Shown here piece by piece: positions 41,001-53,700 of a stretch of DNA of 64,000 nucleotides (position 1 is the stretch's first letter; each line of letters opens with the position of its first letter). Location of the stretch: the NCBI GenBank assembly GCA_040954595.2, contig CM082593.2:11483477-11547476 (forward strand), written 5' to 3'. Below the pieces are notes generated by a model, which was given only the letters and a program-made list of their open reading frames with translations, had not been told where the DNA came from and made no database searches. A program made the translations under genes and the position numbers. The DNA is from Balanoglossus misakiensis (Eukaryota; Animalia; Hemichordata).

Positions 41001-42647
41001 CACCTGCATATCTTATTAATTATGTGCATACCTAATTCCAGGCTAATCAATAAGGCTATAGGTTTGGTTTTTGTTGAACATGGACCAGTATAGGGTCAAA
41101 ATTTCTTGCCCAAATTTTTGCATGACCTTAGGTGACCTTTGACCTACTTTACCATATCTTGGCATCCAGAGCAGGTACAGACTTGGCGTTTGGAGGGTTG
41201 GCACTAAAATTGAAAAGCCAAAATTGGGGGTCACCTGTGACACCTGCATATCTCATTAATTATGTGCATACCTAATTCCAGGCTAACCAATAAGGCTATA
41301 GGTTTGGTTATTATTGAACATGGACCAGTATAAGGTCAAAATTTCTTGCCCAAATTTTGCATGACCTCAGGTGACCTTTGACCTACTTTATCATATCTTG
41401 GCATCCAGAGCAGGTAGACTTCGCGTTTGGAGGGTTGGGACTAAAATTGAAAAGCCAAAATTGGGGGTCACCTATGACACCTGCATATCTCATTAATTAT
41501 GTGCATACCTAATTACAGGCTAACCAATAGGGCTATAGGTTTGGTTTTTGTTGAACATGGACCAGTATAGGGTCAAAATTTCTTGCCCAAATTTTGCATG
41601 ACCTCATGTGACCTTTGACCTACTTTTCCATATCTTTGCATCCAGAGCAGATATGCTTATTGCTATGTTGCTATGTGCTATGTCCTCAAATAGGACCACA
41701 GTGTCCTTGACGCTATTTTTTATTCCAGCAGTTATCCATGGTTTCCGTATTTTTCTTTTTGAACTAAGCTTTTTAGAAAGCAGTGGAGCATGCTTATTAC
41801 AAATATTCGAGAAAATGGTTAAAAACGAGTCATATGCTGTATTAGCATCAGTACTCTCATACACAGCTGCCCAATTGACACTACTTAACTCATCTTGAAA
41901 TAAACCTATATTAAAATTACGGTAGTCCCTGAAGGTAACACTCTTTGGTTTTTGGAAATAAATACGAAGATCCTCAAAGATGGCAAATATAGGCAAATGG
42001 TCAGCAAGATGAACATCAATAGTTCCACAATTAACAAAATGACTATGTATATTTGTATAAATATGATCAATAACCGTTCTTGAATGATCTGATATATGTG
42101 TTGGCACAGTGATCATCTGAGTTAGGTTAAAAGAAGACATACTATTATTAAGATCAACCGTTTCATATGCATTTAAATCAGACGCATTTACATTAAAGTC
42201 ACCCACAAGTATGCACTGCATCTTCTTGCGGTCAATATCAGTCAATACAGATTCAAGACTTTCAAGGAATTCGCCTATATTAGTGTTTGGTTTCCTATAC
42301 ACTACTCCAAGAATGAGCGATTTCTTCTTCGGCAAGTCAAATTTGAGCCAGATAGATTCAGAATGATTTACAGTCGCTTCAATGGAGGTATAATTCAAAG
42401 ATGAGTCTATATATGCCCCAACTCCCCCACCCCGCTGGTCATTTCGACATTTTCTTTCCAAATGATAGCCTTCTAAACAATAAAGCTCTTTATTTTGAAC
42501 CTGCCAGATCTCTGATAATGCTATAACTTTGATTTTTGATTCATCAAGTGACTCATATAACAATTTAAATTCATGAAAGTTTCGACTGAGGGACCGAATA
42601 TTACAATGAGATATAGAGAATGTAGAAATAGGTGTATTACTAACCAA
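38020..42647 (-). pseudogene. LINE ORF2 (endonuclease-reverse transcriptase), disrupted by a HINE insertion plus stops/frameshifts at ~39370-39790
   Basis: APE motifs: SHCNIRSL, IALSEIW, GGGVGAYI, VYRKPN, LVGDFN, IDHIYTN, ADHLPIF. RT motifs: PIFKKG..PGNFRPVSVLP, QYGFR, FLDLKKAFDT, GVPQGSVLGPTLF, LFADDT, KYIGVEID. Removing the HINE rejoins KPWITAGIK-KSIDQKHKLY. Confidence 0.93.
39970..41715 (+). mobile_element. Second copy of the AGGTCCC-type HINE-like element, nested in LINE ORF2
   Basis: Same 5' hairpin (AGGTCCCATTGGTATAGGCCTATATACCATGGGACCT), GTAT/GGAT microsatellite, ~239-bp repeats and 3' end (...GGACCACAGTGTCCTTGACGCTA) as 5142-6979. Flanked by T runs. Confidence 0.9.
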
Positions 42648-42766
42648 GTTGCAGAACTCAGTAAGAATATGAATAACATTTCCTATAACAATCAGAGTTT
42701 AACAATTGTTCCGCTTCTACAGAAGTCATTGAAATACAATAAATCCACAGATTCAGAAAAATAAAA

Positions 42767-42975
42767 TTATTGAACGAATCTATCAACATCTGTGGAGTCG
42801 TTTTTTCTTTGTATACGGTTTAATTGACTCTCTGAAAATTTTTGTTCACCTAGCCACTGTCTACAAAATACATTTGGTGGCCAGAAACTAGACTCAAGCA
42901 AAAGCTTAGCCTGGTGAAAGGATACGTTGATTTTAGCAGCAACAGCGCCTTTGCGTTTACTGGATATGATTCTCG
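42767..42975 (-). pseudogene. C-terminal remnant of LINE ORF1
   Basis: Frame ...AAKINVSFHQAKLLLESSFWPPNVFCRQW...* lies directly upstream of ORF2. A WP-x-x-V-x-x-R motif is seen at the ORF1 C-terminus of many invertebrate CR1-group LINEs. The N-terminal part of the ORF-track protein is satellite sequence. Confidence 0.6.
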
Positions 42976-44260
42976 AGTCTGTGTCATATAGAGCCGGTGC
43001 ACCAGCCGAGTCACGCCGTACGAAATCTGACTTGATCAACGTGGTCAATGTACGCCTGTTTCTGCTCTAGAGTGCCGGGGCTTCAGCTGAGCCAGGCCGT
43101 AGGAAACCCGACGTGATTACCGTTGTTAACTTACGCCAGTCTGTGTCCTATATATAGTGCCGGGGCATCAGCCGTGCCAGGCCGAAGGAAATGTGAGTAG
43201 ATTAACGTGGTCTCTGTACGCGTGTTTCTGCTCTAGAGTGCCAGGGTTTTAGCCAAGCCAAGCCGTAGGAAATCTGACTTGATCAACGTTGCTAACGAAC
43301 GCTAGTGTCTGTCATAGTGTGCCGGGGTTTTAGTCGAGCCAAGCCGTAGGAGATCAGACTTGATCAACGTGGTCTCTGTACGCCTGTTTCTGCTCTAGAG
43401 TGCCGGGGCTTCAGCTGAGCCAGGCCGTAGGAAACCCGTCGTGATTACCGTTGTTAACATACGCCAGTCTGTGTCCTATATATAGTGCCGGGGCATCAGC
43501 CGTGCCAGGCCGAAGGAAATGTGAGTAGATCAACGTGGTCTCTGTAGGCGTGTTTCTGCTCTAGAGTGCCAGGGCTTTAGCCAAGCCATGCCGTAGGAAA
43601 TCTGACTTGATCAACGTTGCTAACGAACGCTAGTGTCTGTCATAGTGTGCCGGGGTTTTAGTCGAGCCAAGCCGTAGGAGATCAGACTTGATCAACGTGG
43701 TCTCTGTACGCGTGTTTCTGCTCTAGAGTGCCGGTGCTTTATCCAAGCCATGCCGTAGAAAATCTGACTTGATTACTGTTGCTAACGTACGCTAGTGTTT
43801 GTCATATTGTGACGGCGATTTAGCCGAGCCAGGCCGTAGAAAAATCGACTTGTTCAACGTTACCAGTGTGCAACTGTTTCTGCTCTAGAGTGTCAGGGTT
43901 TTAGCCGACTTATGCTGTAGGAAATCTGAGTTGATGAACGGGAATTCAATGTTAGAAAACCCGTGTGGAAAGTATCTCTACCCGTTTGAAACTAAGAAAA
44001 GAATTTATTCTTATTTATTTTGTAAAAAAGACAATATTTCGAAAAAAGTCGAAAATGGTTATTTTGTCTTGGGTGATTCAAATTATACCGCCTTTTCTGG
44101 AATTTGCAGCACTTTTTTCAAGAGAACGACACTTCATGCTCCATAATATTTCCGAAAATGAAGAAAAGAGTTAATTTTTTATGATTTTTTTAAAAATTTA
44201 CCATTTTTATCAAAATATGGCCAAAATGGCTATTTTTTCTTGAATTCCGTCAGTATCTCT

Positions 44261-45596
44261 TAGTCCGTGGGCACGACGGGTCCACCGTGCACCCCCCCCC
44301 CCCCCATAAACCTACCACTTGGGTATTTTTTTGTTCTTTAGAACGTGCTGAACAAGAAAAAAGATGTTAACATTGAATATTTTGGGTTGCACTACCCCTC
44401 CGGGGTGGTTTTTGAATGGTATGTGCCCCTCAAAATGGCGAAAAATGGGTTGGGTGGGGGGTACTATATTCTCTCCTAAAAAAATAAAACTACCATGAAA
44501 TTACATAAACCTCATATTTTTAGAAAGCTTAGATACTGCTCTTTACGGGAAGCACAAACTTTATTAAACAATATTTATGAATATTTAATTAGATGATTTT
44601 TAAATTAATTTTTTCGGCAATTTTGAAAGTTTTCACTCAAAAGACAATGTTACAATTGTGATTTTCTTTTTGTGAAGCAAATTTTTGACAACTTTTTAGG
44701 TTTGGATTATTTAATTCTATATATTAAACAAGAAAACAAATGTTAACATTAGTTATTTAACAATACAATACTTCTTTAGAGACAACTTTGAAATGCATGT
44801 ATCCTATGGGATTACGCATGGTCTTGGGGTAGGGGTACTATATCCTCTCCTAAAAAAAATAAAACTAGCAAACAATTACATAAACCTTATATTTTTAGAA
44901 AGCTTAGACACTGCTCTTAACGGGAAGCACAAACTTAATTATAAAAAAAATTATGAATATTTAATTATAAGATTTTTAAATTAATTTTTTCGGCTATTTT
45001 GAAAATATTCACCCCAAAGACAACGCAACAATTGTGATTTTCTTTTTGTAAAGCAAATTTTTGACATCTTTGGGGGTTTGGATTATTGACTTCTGTTTAT
45101 TAAACAAGAAAACAAATGTTAACATTAGTTATATAACAATACAATACTTCTTTAGAGACAACTTTGAAATGCATGTATCCTATGGGATTACGCATGGTCT
45201 TCGGGTAGGGGGTACTATATCCTCTCCTACAACAATAAAGCTAGCTTCAAAGTACATAAACCTTATTATTTTAGAAAGCTTAGACACTGCTCTTTACGGG
45301 AAGTGCAAATAGGAGTAAAATTAATTTTTGATTATTTAATTATATGATTTTTAAATTATTTTCTTCGGCAATTTTGAAAATATTCATCCCCAAAGACAAC
45401 GCAATGATTGTGATTTTGTTTTTGTGAAGCAAATTTTTGACAGCTTTTTGGGGTTTGGATTATTGACTTCTATATATACTAAACAAGAAAGCAAATGTTA
45501 ACATTAGTTATTTAACAATAAAACACTTCTTTAGAGACAACTTTGAAATGTGTGTATCCTGTGGGATTACGCATGGTCTTGGGGTAGGTGGTACTA
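44261..45596. repeat. Unclassified element end (starts TAGTCCGTGG) followed by three ~376-bp tandem repeats; possible DNA-transposon subterminal region
   Basis: Sharp junction with the satellite at 44260/44261. GGTACTA(T/G)A recurs at 44461, 44835, 45212 and 45591 with alignable sequence in between. No matching opposite terminus was found in the window. Confidence 0.7.
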
Positions 45597-45599
45597 GAT

Positions 45600-47720
45600 T
45601 CTATATTGATTTGAAATGGCAGATCAATATGTTTGGTAATAATTCAGTTATTGCAGTTGGGGACTGGAATGTAGTGAGGGTTTTGATGCTGACACAGCTG
45701 GCCGCACTACAGACTCTCACTCGGATGCAAGGCAACAAATTGATCTTCTCTGTGATGAGTATAATTTGATAGATATTTGGCGGATGATAAACGAGTCCTC
45801 GCGTACATTTACGTAGTTTAGGCGCAAAAGACTTGATTATTTTCTTATTACGCCTGAATTCGCTAATGTGACCGCAACTGCAAATATTTGTGTCGGTTAC
45901 CGGAGTGACCACTCTGCAATACGTCTCTCTCGGATGACAACGATTATGTGGACATTGTTAAAAACACAATTCGGGATACTAAGGATGAGTACAGACAGGA
46001 GGGAAGCTCTCAAGCTGGTCCCACTTTTATCATTTCGGATCAACTTTTCTTGGATACGTTGAAAATAAAAATTCGTGGAGTTACGATTTCGTATGCAACT
46101 AGGAATTTATTAGGGCCGAGAAACAGCTTGAAACGGAGAATATTTTACTAGAAACTCGTGTGAATGATCTATAAACGCCTGACATGTTAGATGAACTGCA
46201 TGAAAAAAGAACAGTTGATAGCATACTGTCAAAAAAGTAGAAGGAAGTCGCGTACGTGCTCGGGCCAGGTGGTCTACAGAAGGGGAAAAACCTACTAAGT
46301 ATTTTTGCTCTATGGAAAAGAGACATTTCACCAATAAAGCCATCGGTCAGCTGTGCCTGAGTGTTGGCTCCACAATAACTGAGGACGAAGACATCCTTCG
46401 TGAACAATCTAAGTTTTACCGGAATCTATATGCGGCTACCAAAAACGTTGCTTGCAATATTGATCAGTTAGATAATTTTATGCAGCATGGAAATACTTTG
46501 CCTACTTTGAGTACTGAGGAACGGGATTCTTTGGAAGGGGCCCTGTCTAAGCATGAATGTGGAGTAGTGTTGAAGTCAATAGCAAATAATAAGTCACCAG
46601 GAACAGACGGTTTTTCTGCCGAAATTTTTTTGGCCCGACATTGGTGTTTATATAGCCCGTGCAATTAATTCCGCCTACTCCTCAGGCGAAATGTCTATTT
46701 CTCAAAAGCGGGGAATTATTACTTGTATCCCGAAACCCAACAAGAATAGATTTCACATGAAAAATTGGCGCCGTATTACATTGCTAAACACGGATGATAA
46801 GATTGCATCTGGTGTTATAGCAAACCGTATGAAACGGTTCTTGCCAAAAATTATTCACCCTGACTAGAAAGGTTTTTTGAGGAAAGGAAGGTATATTGGT
46901 GAAAATACACGTTTGATTGATGATGTATCGTTAACTTCAAAGATAGACAAGGTTTTCTTGTACTTCTAGACTTTGAAATGGCGTTTGACACGCTTTCTTG
47001 GGAATTTATCGATAAAGCATTGAGAAAGTTTAATTTTTATCCCTCTTTCAGAAAATGGGTCAAAGTGTTTTATAAAAACACCACTAGTTGTGTTATAAAT
47101 AACGGAAACTTTCCTGATTTTTCCCCTCGAGAGAGGTGTTAGACAAGGTGATCCTCTATCACCGTACCTGTTTATCACCTGTGTTGAAAAACTTGCGCAT
47201 GAAATCAGAGCCCATAGTAATATAGAAGGAATTACACTTAGAGATAAAAAAAAAAATTACTGGGGCAATACGCAGATGATATTTTTGTATATTTAGATGG
47301 TTCTGAAAGTTCTCTGAAAAATCTGTTTGCTACCTTGGGTTTCTTTACTTTTCTGTCGGGTTTGCGAATTAACTACCAAAAAACTAAATTGGTTTGGTTT
47401 GGCGCTAAATGCCATTCACATGATATTTTGTTGCCAAAAAAGAACTTATTATGGGTTGATGAACCGTTAACAGTTCTTGGTATTAACCTGAACGTTGATC
47501 TTGTTGGGCTTGATATGTTAAATTTTACACCAAAAGTAAGGGAAGTGTCCACACTGCTTACTAAGTGGTCATGGCGACCTGTGACCTTGTTTGGCAAGAT
47601 AACAATAGCTAAAACACTTGCTTTGTCAAAGTTTATTCATATTTTCTCATCCTTACCTCCCATGTCAGATAATCAAATATGTACACTTATTAGAGTTTTA
47701 TCGGAATTCAAAACCTGATA
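45600..47720 (+). pseudogene. Decayed L1/Tx1-clade LINE ORF2 (APE-RT)
   Basis: Fragments in shifting frames: IAVGDWNVV, GYRSDHSAI, LKIKIRGVTISY, RARARWSTEGEKPTKYFCSMEK, NKSPGTDGFSAE, KNWRRITLLNTD, LDFEMAFD, RGVRQGDPLSPYLF, QYADD, SGLRINYQKT, TLFGKITIAKTLALSK. Many stops, frameshifts and deletions. Confidence 0.9.
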
Positions 47721-47742
47721 AAGTCAATAGATTAAGATTATT

Positions 47743-50700
47743 AGGGCCCAAGCCCAGCAGGCTTAGGCCCTATTGTTTTTACTGGAGTTTTTAGGGCACA
47801 AGCGCCCTCAGGCGCTTGTGCCCTATTGGTATTGTTGGCTTTTTTCTTCTACTGATTTTTTTTCTTGTGCAGTTTTTTCGGCCACTTTGATCTTGAAAAC
47901 GACTGAACCTACAAATCTCAAACTTGGCACAGTGGTGCAGGCCTATGAGAGCTAGTGCAGTACCCTCGTGAATGTTTAATAAGTCATGTGACCTGATGAC
48001 CATATATGGGCAAAGTTTTCAAATGGGCCTAATTTGCATATGAATGGAAATATCAAAATTCTTTTAGCGATTTTTGCGGACCATGTGGTCAGTGTCCTAC
48101 ATGCCAAATGTCAAGGCCGTGGGTTAAGTCTATTTTGAGAAGAAGATTTTTTTATTAGGGCCCAAGCCCAGCAGGCTTGGGCCCTATTGTTTTTACTGGA
48201 GTTTTTAGGGCACAAGCCCAGCAGGCTTGGGCCCTATTGGTATTACTGGCTTTTTAGGGCCCAAGCCCAGCAGGCTTGGGCCCTATTGGTATTACTGGCT
48301 TTTTTCTTCTACTTCTTCTTCTTTTTCTTCTTCTTCTTCTGTCGTTTCTTTGGAGAGGTAGATCTGGAAAACTGCTAAACCTACCAATTTCAAACTTGGC
48401 ACAATGGTGCAGGCCAATGAGAGCTAGTGCAGTACCCTTGTGAATGTTTAATTAGTCACGTGACCTGATGACCATATATGGGCAAAATTTTCAAATCGAC
48501 CTTATTTGCATATGAATGGAGATATCAAAATTCTTTTAGCAACTTTTGCGGACCATGTGGTCAGTGTCCTACATGCCAAATGTCAAGGACATTGGCCATG
48601 CCAATTTTGAGAAGAAGATTTTTAAGTATTATTTTTCATATTTTTTGACCAAGCCATGGGCCTATACTTTCCATAGTAAAGCTAAGACCACATATTATTT
48701 TGGATAAATATGCATACATATCTCAAAATCTGTTTGGCCAATCATCTCCAACTTTGGTGTGCAGCTAGCCTAGTATTTGTCAATAATTTTAAGCGAAAAA
48801 AAAATAGTATGAAAAATCGACCGATTTTTTTATATTAATTTTCTTATGAAATTTATACCTTTAATTATACCTCTATGGTTAAGCTATGTCCATGTCTTAT
48901 TGTGGAATTCTGGTCTGTGCAATAGTCCTGTACAGTGACTGTCTTGTGGTCAGTGGGCACAATGGAACCAAAATAGAAGGCACAATTTTAGGCTCACCTG
49001 TAACACCTGCTTAACTCATTAATTATGTGCATACCTAATTCTGGGCTAACTAAGAGGGCTAGCGGTTTCGTTCTTGTGGGACATGGACCAGTACAGGGTC
49101 AAAATTTCTTGCCAAAATTTTGGGTGACCTCAGGTGACCTTTGACCTACTTTCCTATATCTCGGCATCCAGAGCTGATACAGACTTGGCGTTTGGAGGGT
49201 TGTGACTAAAATTGAAAAGCCAAAATGGGGATCACCTGTGACACCTGCATATCTCATTAATTATGTGCATACCTAATTCCAGGCTAACCAGTAGAGCTAT
49301 AGGTTTGGTTTTTGTTGAACATGGACCAGTATAGGGTCAAAATTTCTTGCCCAAATTTCGCATGACCTCAGGTGACCTTTGACCTACTTTACCATATCTT
49401 GGCATCCAGAGCAGGTACAGACTTGGCGTTTGGAGGGTTGGGATTAAAATTGAAAAGCCGAATTGGCGCTCACCTGTGTCACCTGCATATCTCTTAATTA
49501 TGTGCATACCTAATTCCAGGCTAACCAATAGAACTATAGGTTTGGTTTTTATTGAACATGGACCAGTATAGGGTCAAAATTTCTTGCCCAAATTTTGCAT
49601 GACCTCAGGTGACCTTTGACCTACTTTACCAGATCTCGGCATCCAGAGCAGGTACAGGCTTGGCGTTTGGAGGGTTGGGACTAAAATTGGAAAGCCAAAT
49701 TGGGGGTCAGTTGTGACACCTGCCTACCTCATTAATTATGTGCATACCTAATTCCAGGCTAACCAATAGGGCTATAGGTTTGGTTTTTGTTGAACATGGA
49801 CCAGCATAGGGTCAAAATTTCTTGCCCAAATTTTGCATGAACTCAGTTGACCTTTGACCTACTTTACCATATCTTGACATCCAGAGTAGATATGCTTATT
49901 GCTATGTTGCTATGTGCTATGTTGGCTTGGGCCCGCTATTGCTGCTTGCAGCTATATTTAGGGCCCAAGCGCATGCAGCGCTTGGGCCCTATTGGTATTA
50001 TCCTGGTTTTTCTTCTTTTTTTTCTTGTGTAGTTTTTTCGGCCAATAGTATCTTGAAAACGGCTGAACCTACAAATTTCAAACTTGGCAAAATGGTGCAG
50101 GCCTATGAGAGCTGGTGCAGTACCCTTGTGAATGTTTAATTAGTCATGTGACCTGTTGACCATATATGGGCAAAGTTTTCAAATGGGCCTAATTTGCATA
50201 TGAATTGAGATATCAAAATTCTGTTAGGATACTTTCTGGACCATGTGGTCAGTATCCAACATACCAAATATCAAGGCTGTGGGCCAAGTCTATTTTGAGA
50301 AGAAGACTTTTAAATATTATTAGTTTTTCATATTTTTGGACCAAGCCAAGGGCCTATACTTTCTATAGTTAAGCTATGACGCTATGTCCACGTCTGTGCA
50401 ATGGTCCTGTACAGTGACTGTCTATTGGCCCGTGAGCAGAATGGGACCAAAATAAAAGGCAAAATTTTGGGCTCACCTGTAACACCTGCTTAACTCATTA
50501 ATTATGTGCATACCTAATTTTGGGCTAAGTAATATGGCTAGATGTTTTGTTCTTGTGGAACCTGGACCAGTATGGGGTCAAAAAATTTTGCCCAAATTTT
50601 GGGTGACCTCAGGTGACCTTTGACCTACTTTCCTATATCTCTGCATTCAGAGCAGGTACAGACTTGGCGTTTGGAGGGTTGGGACTAAAATCGAAAAGCC

Positions 50701-53700
50701 AAAATTGGGGGTCACCTGTGACACCTGCTTATCTCATTAATTATGTGCATACCTAATTCAGGGATAACTAATAGGGCTAGAGGTTTTGTTCTTATGGGAC
50801 ATGGACCAGTATAGGGTCAAAAATTTTTGCCCAAATTTTGGGTGACCTCAGGTGACCTTTGACCTACTTAACCATATCTCAGCATCCAGAGCAGGTACAG
50901 CCTTGGCGTTTGGAGGGATGGGTTGAAAATGAAAAGTGAAATTATTAAGTCACCTGTAACACCTGCTGAACTCATTAATTATGTGCATACCTTATTCCAG
51001 GCTAACCAATAGGGCTAGAGGTTTGATTTTTGTTGAACCTGGACCAGTATGGGGTCAAAATTTCTTGCCCATCTTTTGGGTGACGACATATGACCTTTGA
51101 CCTTCGGCTTAAGCTTGGGCCCGTCATCGCTGCTTGCAGCTATATTTTCTTCTACTTCTTCTTCTTTTTCTTCTTCTTCTGTCGTTTTCTTTGGCGAGGT
51201 AGATCTGGAAAACTGCTAAACCTAACAATTTCAAACTTGGCACAATGGTGCAGGCCAATGAGAGCTAGTGCAGTACCCTTGTGAATGTTAAATTAGTCAC
51301 GTGACCTGATGACCATATATGGGCAAAATTTCCAAATCTGCCTTATTTGCATATGAATGGAGATATCAAAATTCTTTTAGCAACTTTTGCGGACCATGTG
51401 GTCAGTGTCCTACTTGCCAAATGTCAAGGCCATTGGCCATGCCAATTTTGAGAAGAAGATTTTTAAGTATTATTTATCATATTTTTTTACCAAGCCATGG
51501 GCCTATACTTTCCATAGTAAAGCTATGACCACATATTATTTTGGATAAATATGCATACATATCTCAAAATCTGTTAGGCCAATCATCTCCAACTTTGGTG
51601 TGCAGCTAGACTAGCATTTGTCAATAATTTTAAGCAAAAAAAAATAATATGAAAAATCGACGGATTTTTTTATATTAATATTTAAAATAAATTTATACCT
51701 TTACTTATACCTCTATGTCCATGTCTTATTGTGGAATTCTGGTCTGTGCAATAGTCCTGTACAGTGACTGTCTATTGGTCAGTGAGCACAATGGCACCAA
51801 AATAAAAGGCACAATTTTAGGCTCACCTGTAACACCTGCTTAACTCATTAATTATGTGCATACCTAATTCTGGGCTAACTAAGAGGGCTAGAGGTTTCGT
51901 TCTTGTGGGACATGGACCAGTATAGGGTCAAAAAATTTTGCCCAAATTTTGGGTGACCTCAGGTGACCTTTGACCTACTTTCCTATATCTCGGCATCCAG
52001 AGCAGGTACAGACTTGGCGTTTGGAGGGTTGGGACTAAAATTGAAAAGCCAAAATGAAGGTCACCTGTGACACCTGCATATCTCATTAATTATGTGCATA
52101 CCTAATTCCAGACTAACCAATAGGGCTATAGGTTTGGTTTTTGTTGAACATGGACCAGTATAGGGTCAAAATTTCTTGCCCAAATTTTGTATGACCTCAG
52201 GTGACCTTTGACCTACTTTACCATATCTTGGCATCCAGAGCAGGTACCAACTTGGCGTTTGGAGGGTTGGGACTAAAATTGAAAAGGCAAAATTGGGGGT
52301 CACCTGTGACACCTGCTTACCTCATTAATTATGTGCATACCTAATTCCAGGCTAACCAATAGGGCTATAGGTTTGTTTGTTGAACATGGACCAGTATAGG
52401 GTCAAAATTTCTTGCCCAAATTTTGTATGACCTCAGGTGACCTTTGACCTACTTTACCATATCTTGGCATCCAGAGCAGGTACCAACTTGGCGTTTGGAG
52501 GGTTGGGACTAAAATTGAAAAGGCAAAATTGGGGGTCACCTGTCACACCTGCCTACCTCATTAATTATGTGCATACCTAATTCCAGGCTAACCAATAGGG
52601 CTATAGGTTTGGTTTTTGTTGAACATGGACCAGTTAAGGGTAAAAATTTCTTGCCCAAATTTTGCATGAACTCAGGTGACCTTTGACCTAATTTACCATA
52701 TCTTGGCATCCAGAGCAGATATGCTTATTGCTATGTTGCTATGTGTTATGTTGGCTTGGGCCCGCTATTGCTGCTTGCAGCTATATTTCTTTTTCTTCTT
52801 CTTCTGTCGTTTTTTTGGTCAGCTAGATCTGGAAAAACGGCTAAACCTACCAATTTCAAACTTGGCACAATGGTGCAGGCCAATGAGAGCTGGTGCAGTA
52901 ACCTTGTGAATGTTTAATTAGTCACGTGACCTGATTACCATAAATGGGCAAAATTTTCAAATCGGCCTTATTTGCATATGAATGGAGATATCAAAATTCT
53001 TTTAGCAACTTTTGCGGACCATGTGGTCAGCGTACTACATGCCAAATGTCAAGGACATTGGCCATGCCAATTTTGAGAAGAAGATTTTTAAGTATTATTT
53101 TTCATATTTTTTGACCAAGCCATGGGCCTATACTTTCCATAGTAAAGCTAAGACCACATATTATTTTGGATAAATATGCATACATATCTCAAAATCTGTT
53201 TGGCCAATCATCTCCAACTTTGGTGTGCAGCTAGCCTAGCATTTGTCAATAATTTTAAGCGAAAAAAAAATAGTATGAAAAATCGACCGATTTTTTTATA
53301 TTAATTTTTTTTATTAAATTTATACCTTTAATTATACCTCTATGATTAAGCTATGTCCATGTCTTATTGTGGAATTCTGGTCTGTGCAATAGTCCTGTAC
53401 AGTGACTGTCTTGTGGTCAGTGAGCACAATGGCACCAAACTAAAAGGCAAAATTTTGGGCTCACCTGTAACACCTGCTTAACTCATTAATTATGTGCATA
53501 CCTAATTCTGGGCTAACTAAGAGGGCTAGAGGTTTCGTTCTAGTGGGACATGGACCAGTATAGGGTCATAATTTCTTGCCCAACTTTTGGGTGACCTCAG
53601 GTGACCTTTGACCTACTTTCCTATATCTCGGCATCCAGAGCAGGTACAGACTTGGCGTTTGGAGGGTTGGGACTAAAATTGAAAAGCCGAAATGGGGGTC

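Larger units (their letters stand above)
37816..42975 (-). mobile_element. 5'-truncated CR1/L2-group LINE (APE + RT) with (TTGA)n tail, inserted in the satellite
   Basis: The 3' end reads GAAATAAA followed by a (TTGA)n tail on the minus strand (37814-37854). AGTC appears on both flanks (37812-37815 and 42976-42979) but only once at the empty site. The element encodes APE and RT domains. Confidence 0.92.
1..44260. repeat. Complex tandem macrosatellite, ~2.05-kb basic unit (variants 2.6-2.9 kb), ~14 units, interrupted by TE insertions
   Basis: The landmark GAACCGTTCTGT(T)-polyC-TACATTATATGCGGTACG recurs at ~1097, 3164, 7054, 9536, 12471, 21367, 23402, 25435, 28015, 30067, 32660, 34764 and 37359. 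The array resumes in register at 42976 after the LINE and stops abruptly at 44260. The recurrent short ORFs (MESISTRLK..., MSKYGQNG...) are copies of the same repeat positions. Confidence 0.97.

Noticed and set aside
175-44174. Recurrent 60-87-aa ORFs (MESISTRLK..., MSKYGQNG..., MNRSVPPP...)
   Set aside because: Chance frames in AT-rich satellite, mostly with non-ATG starts. Homopolymer indels shift them freely between units.
47743-48290. GC hairpins followed by T-runs as rho-independent terminators
   Set aside because: Eukaryotic context with no upstream genes. They are the 5' termini of HINE-like elements, paired with 3' subterminal repeats.
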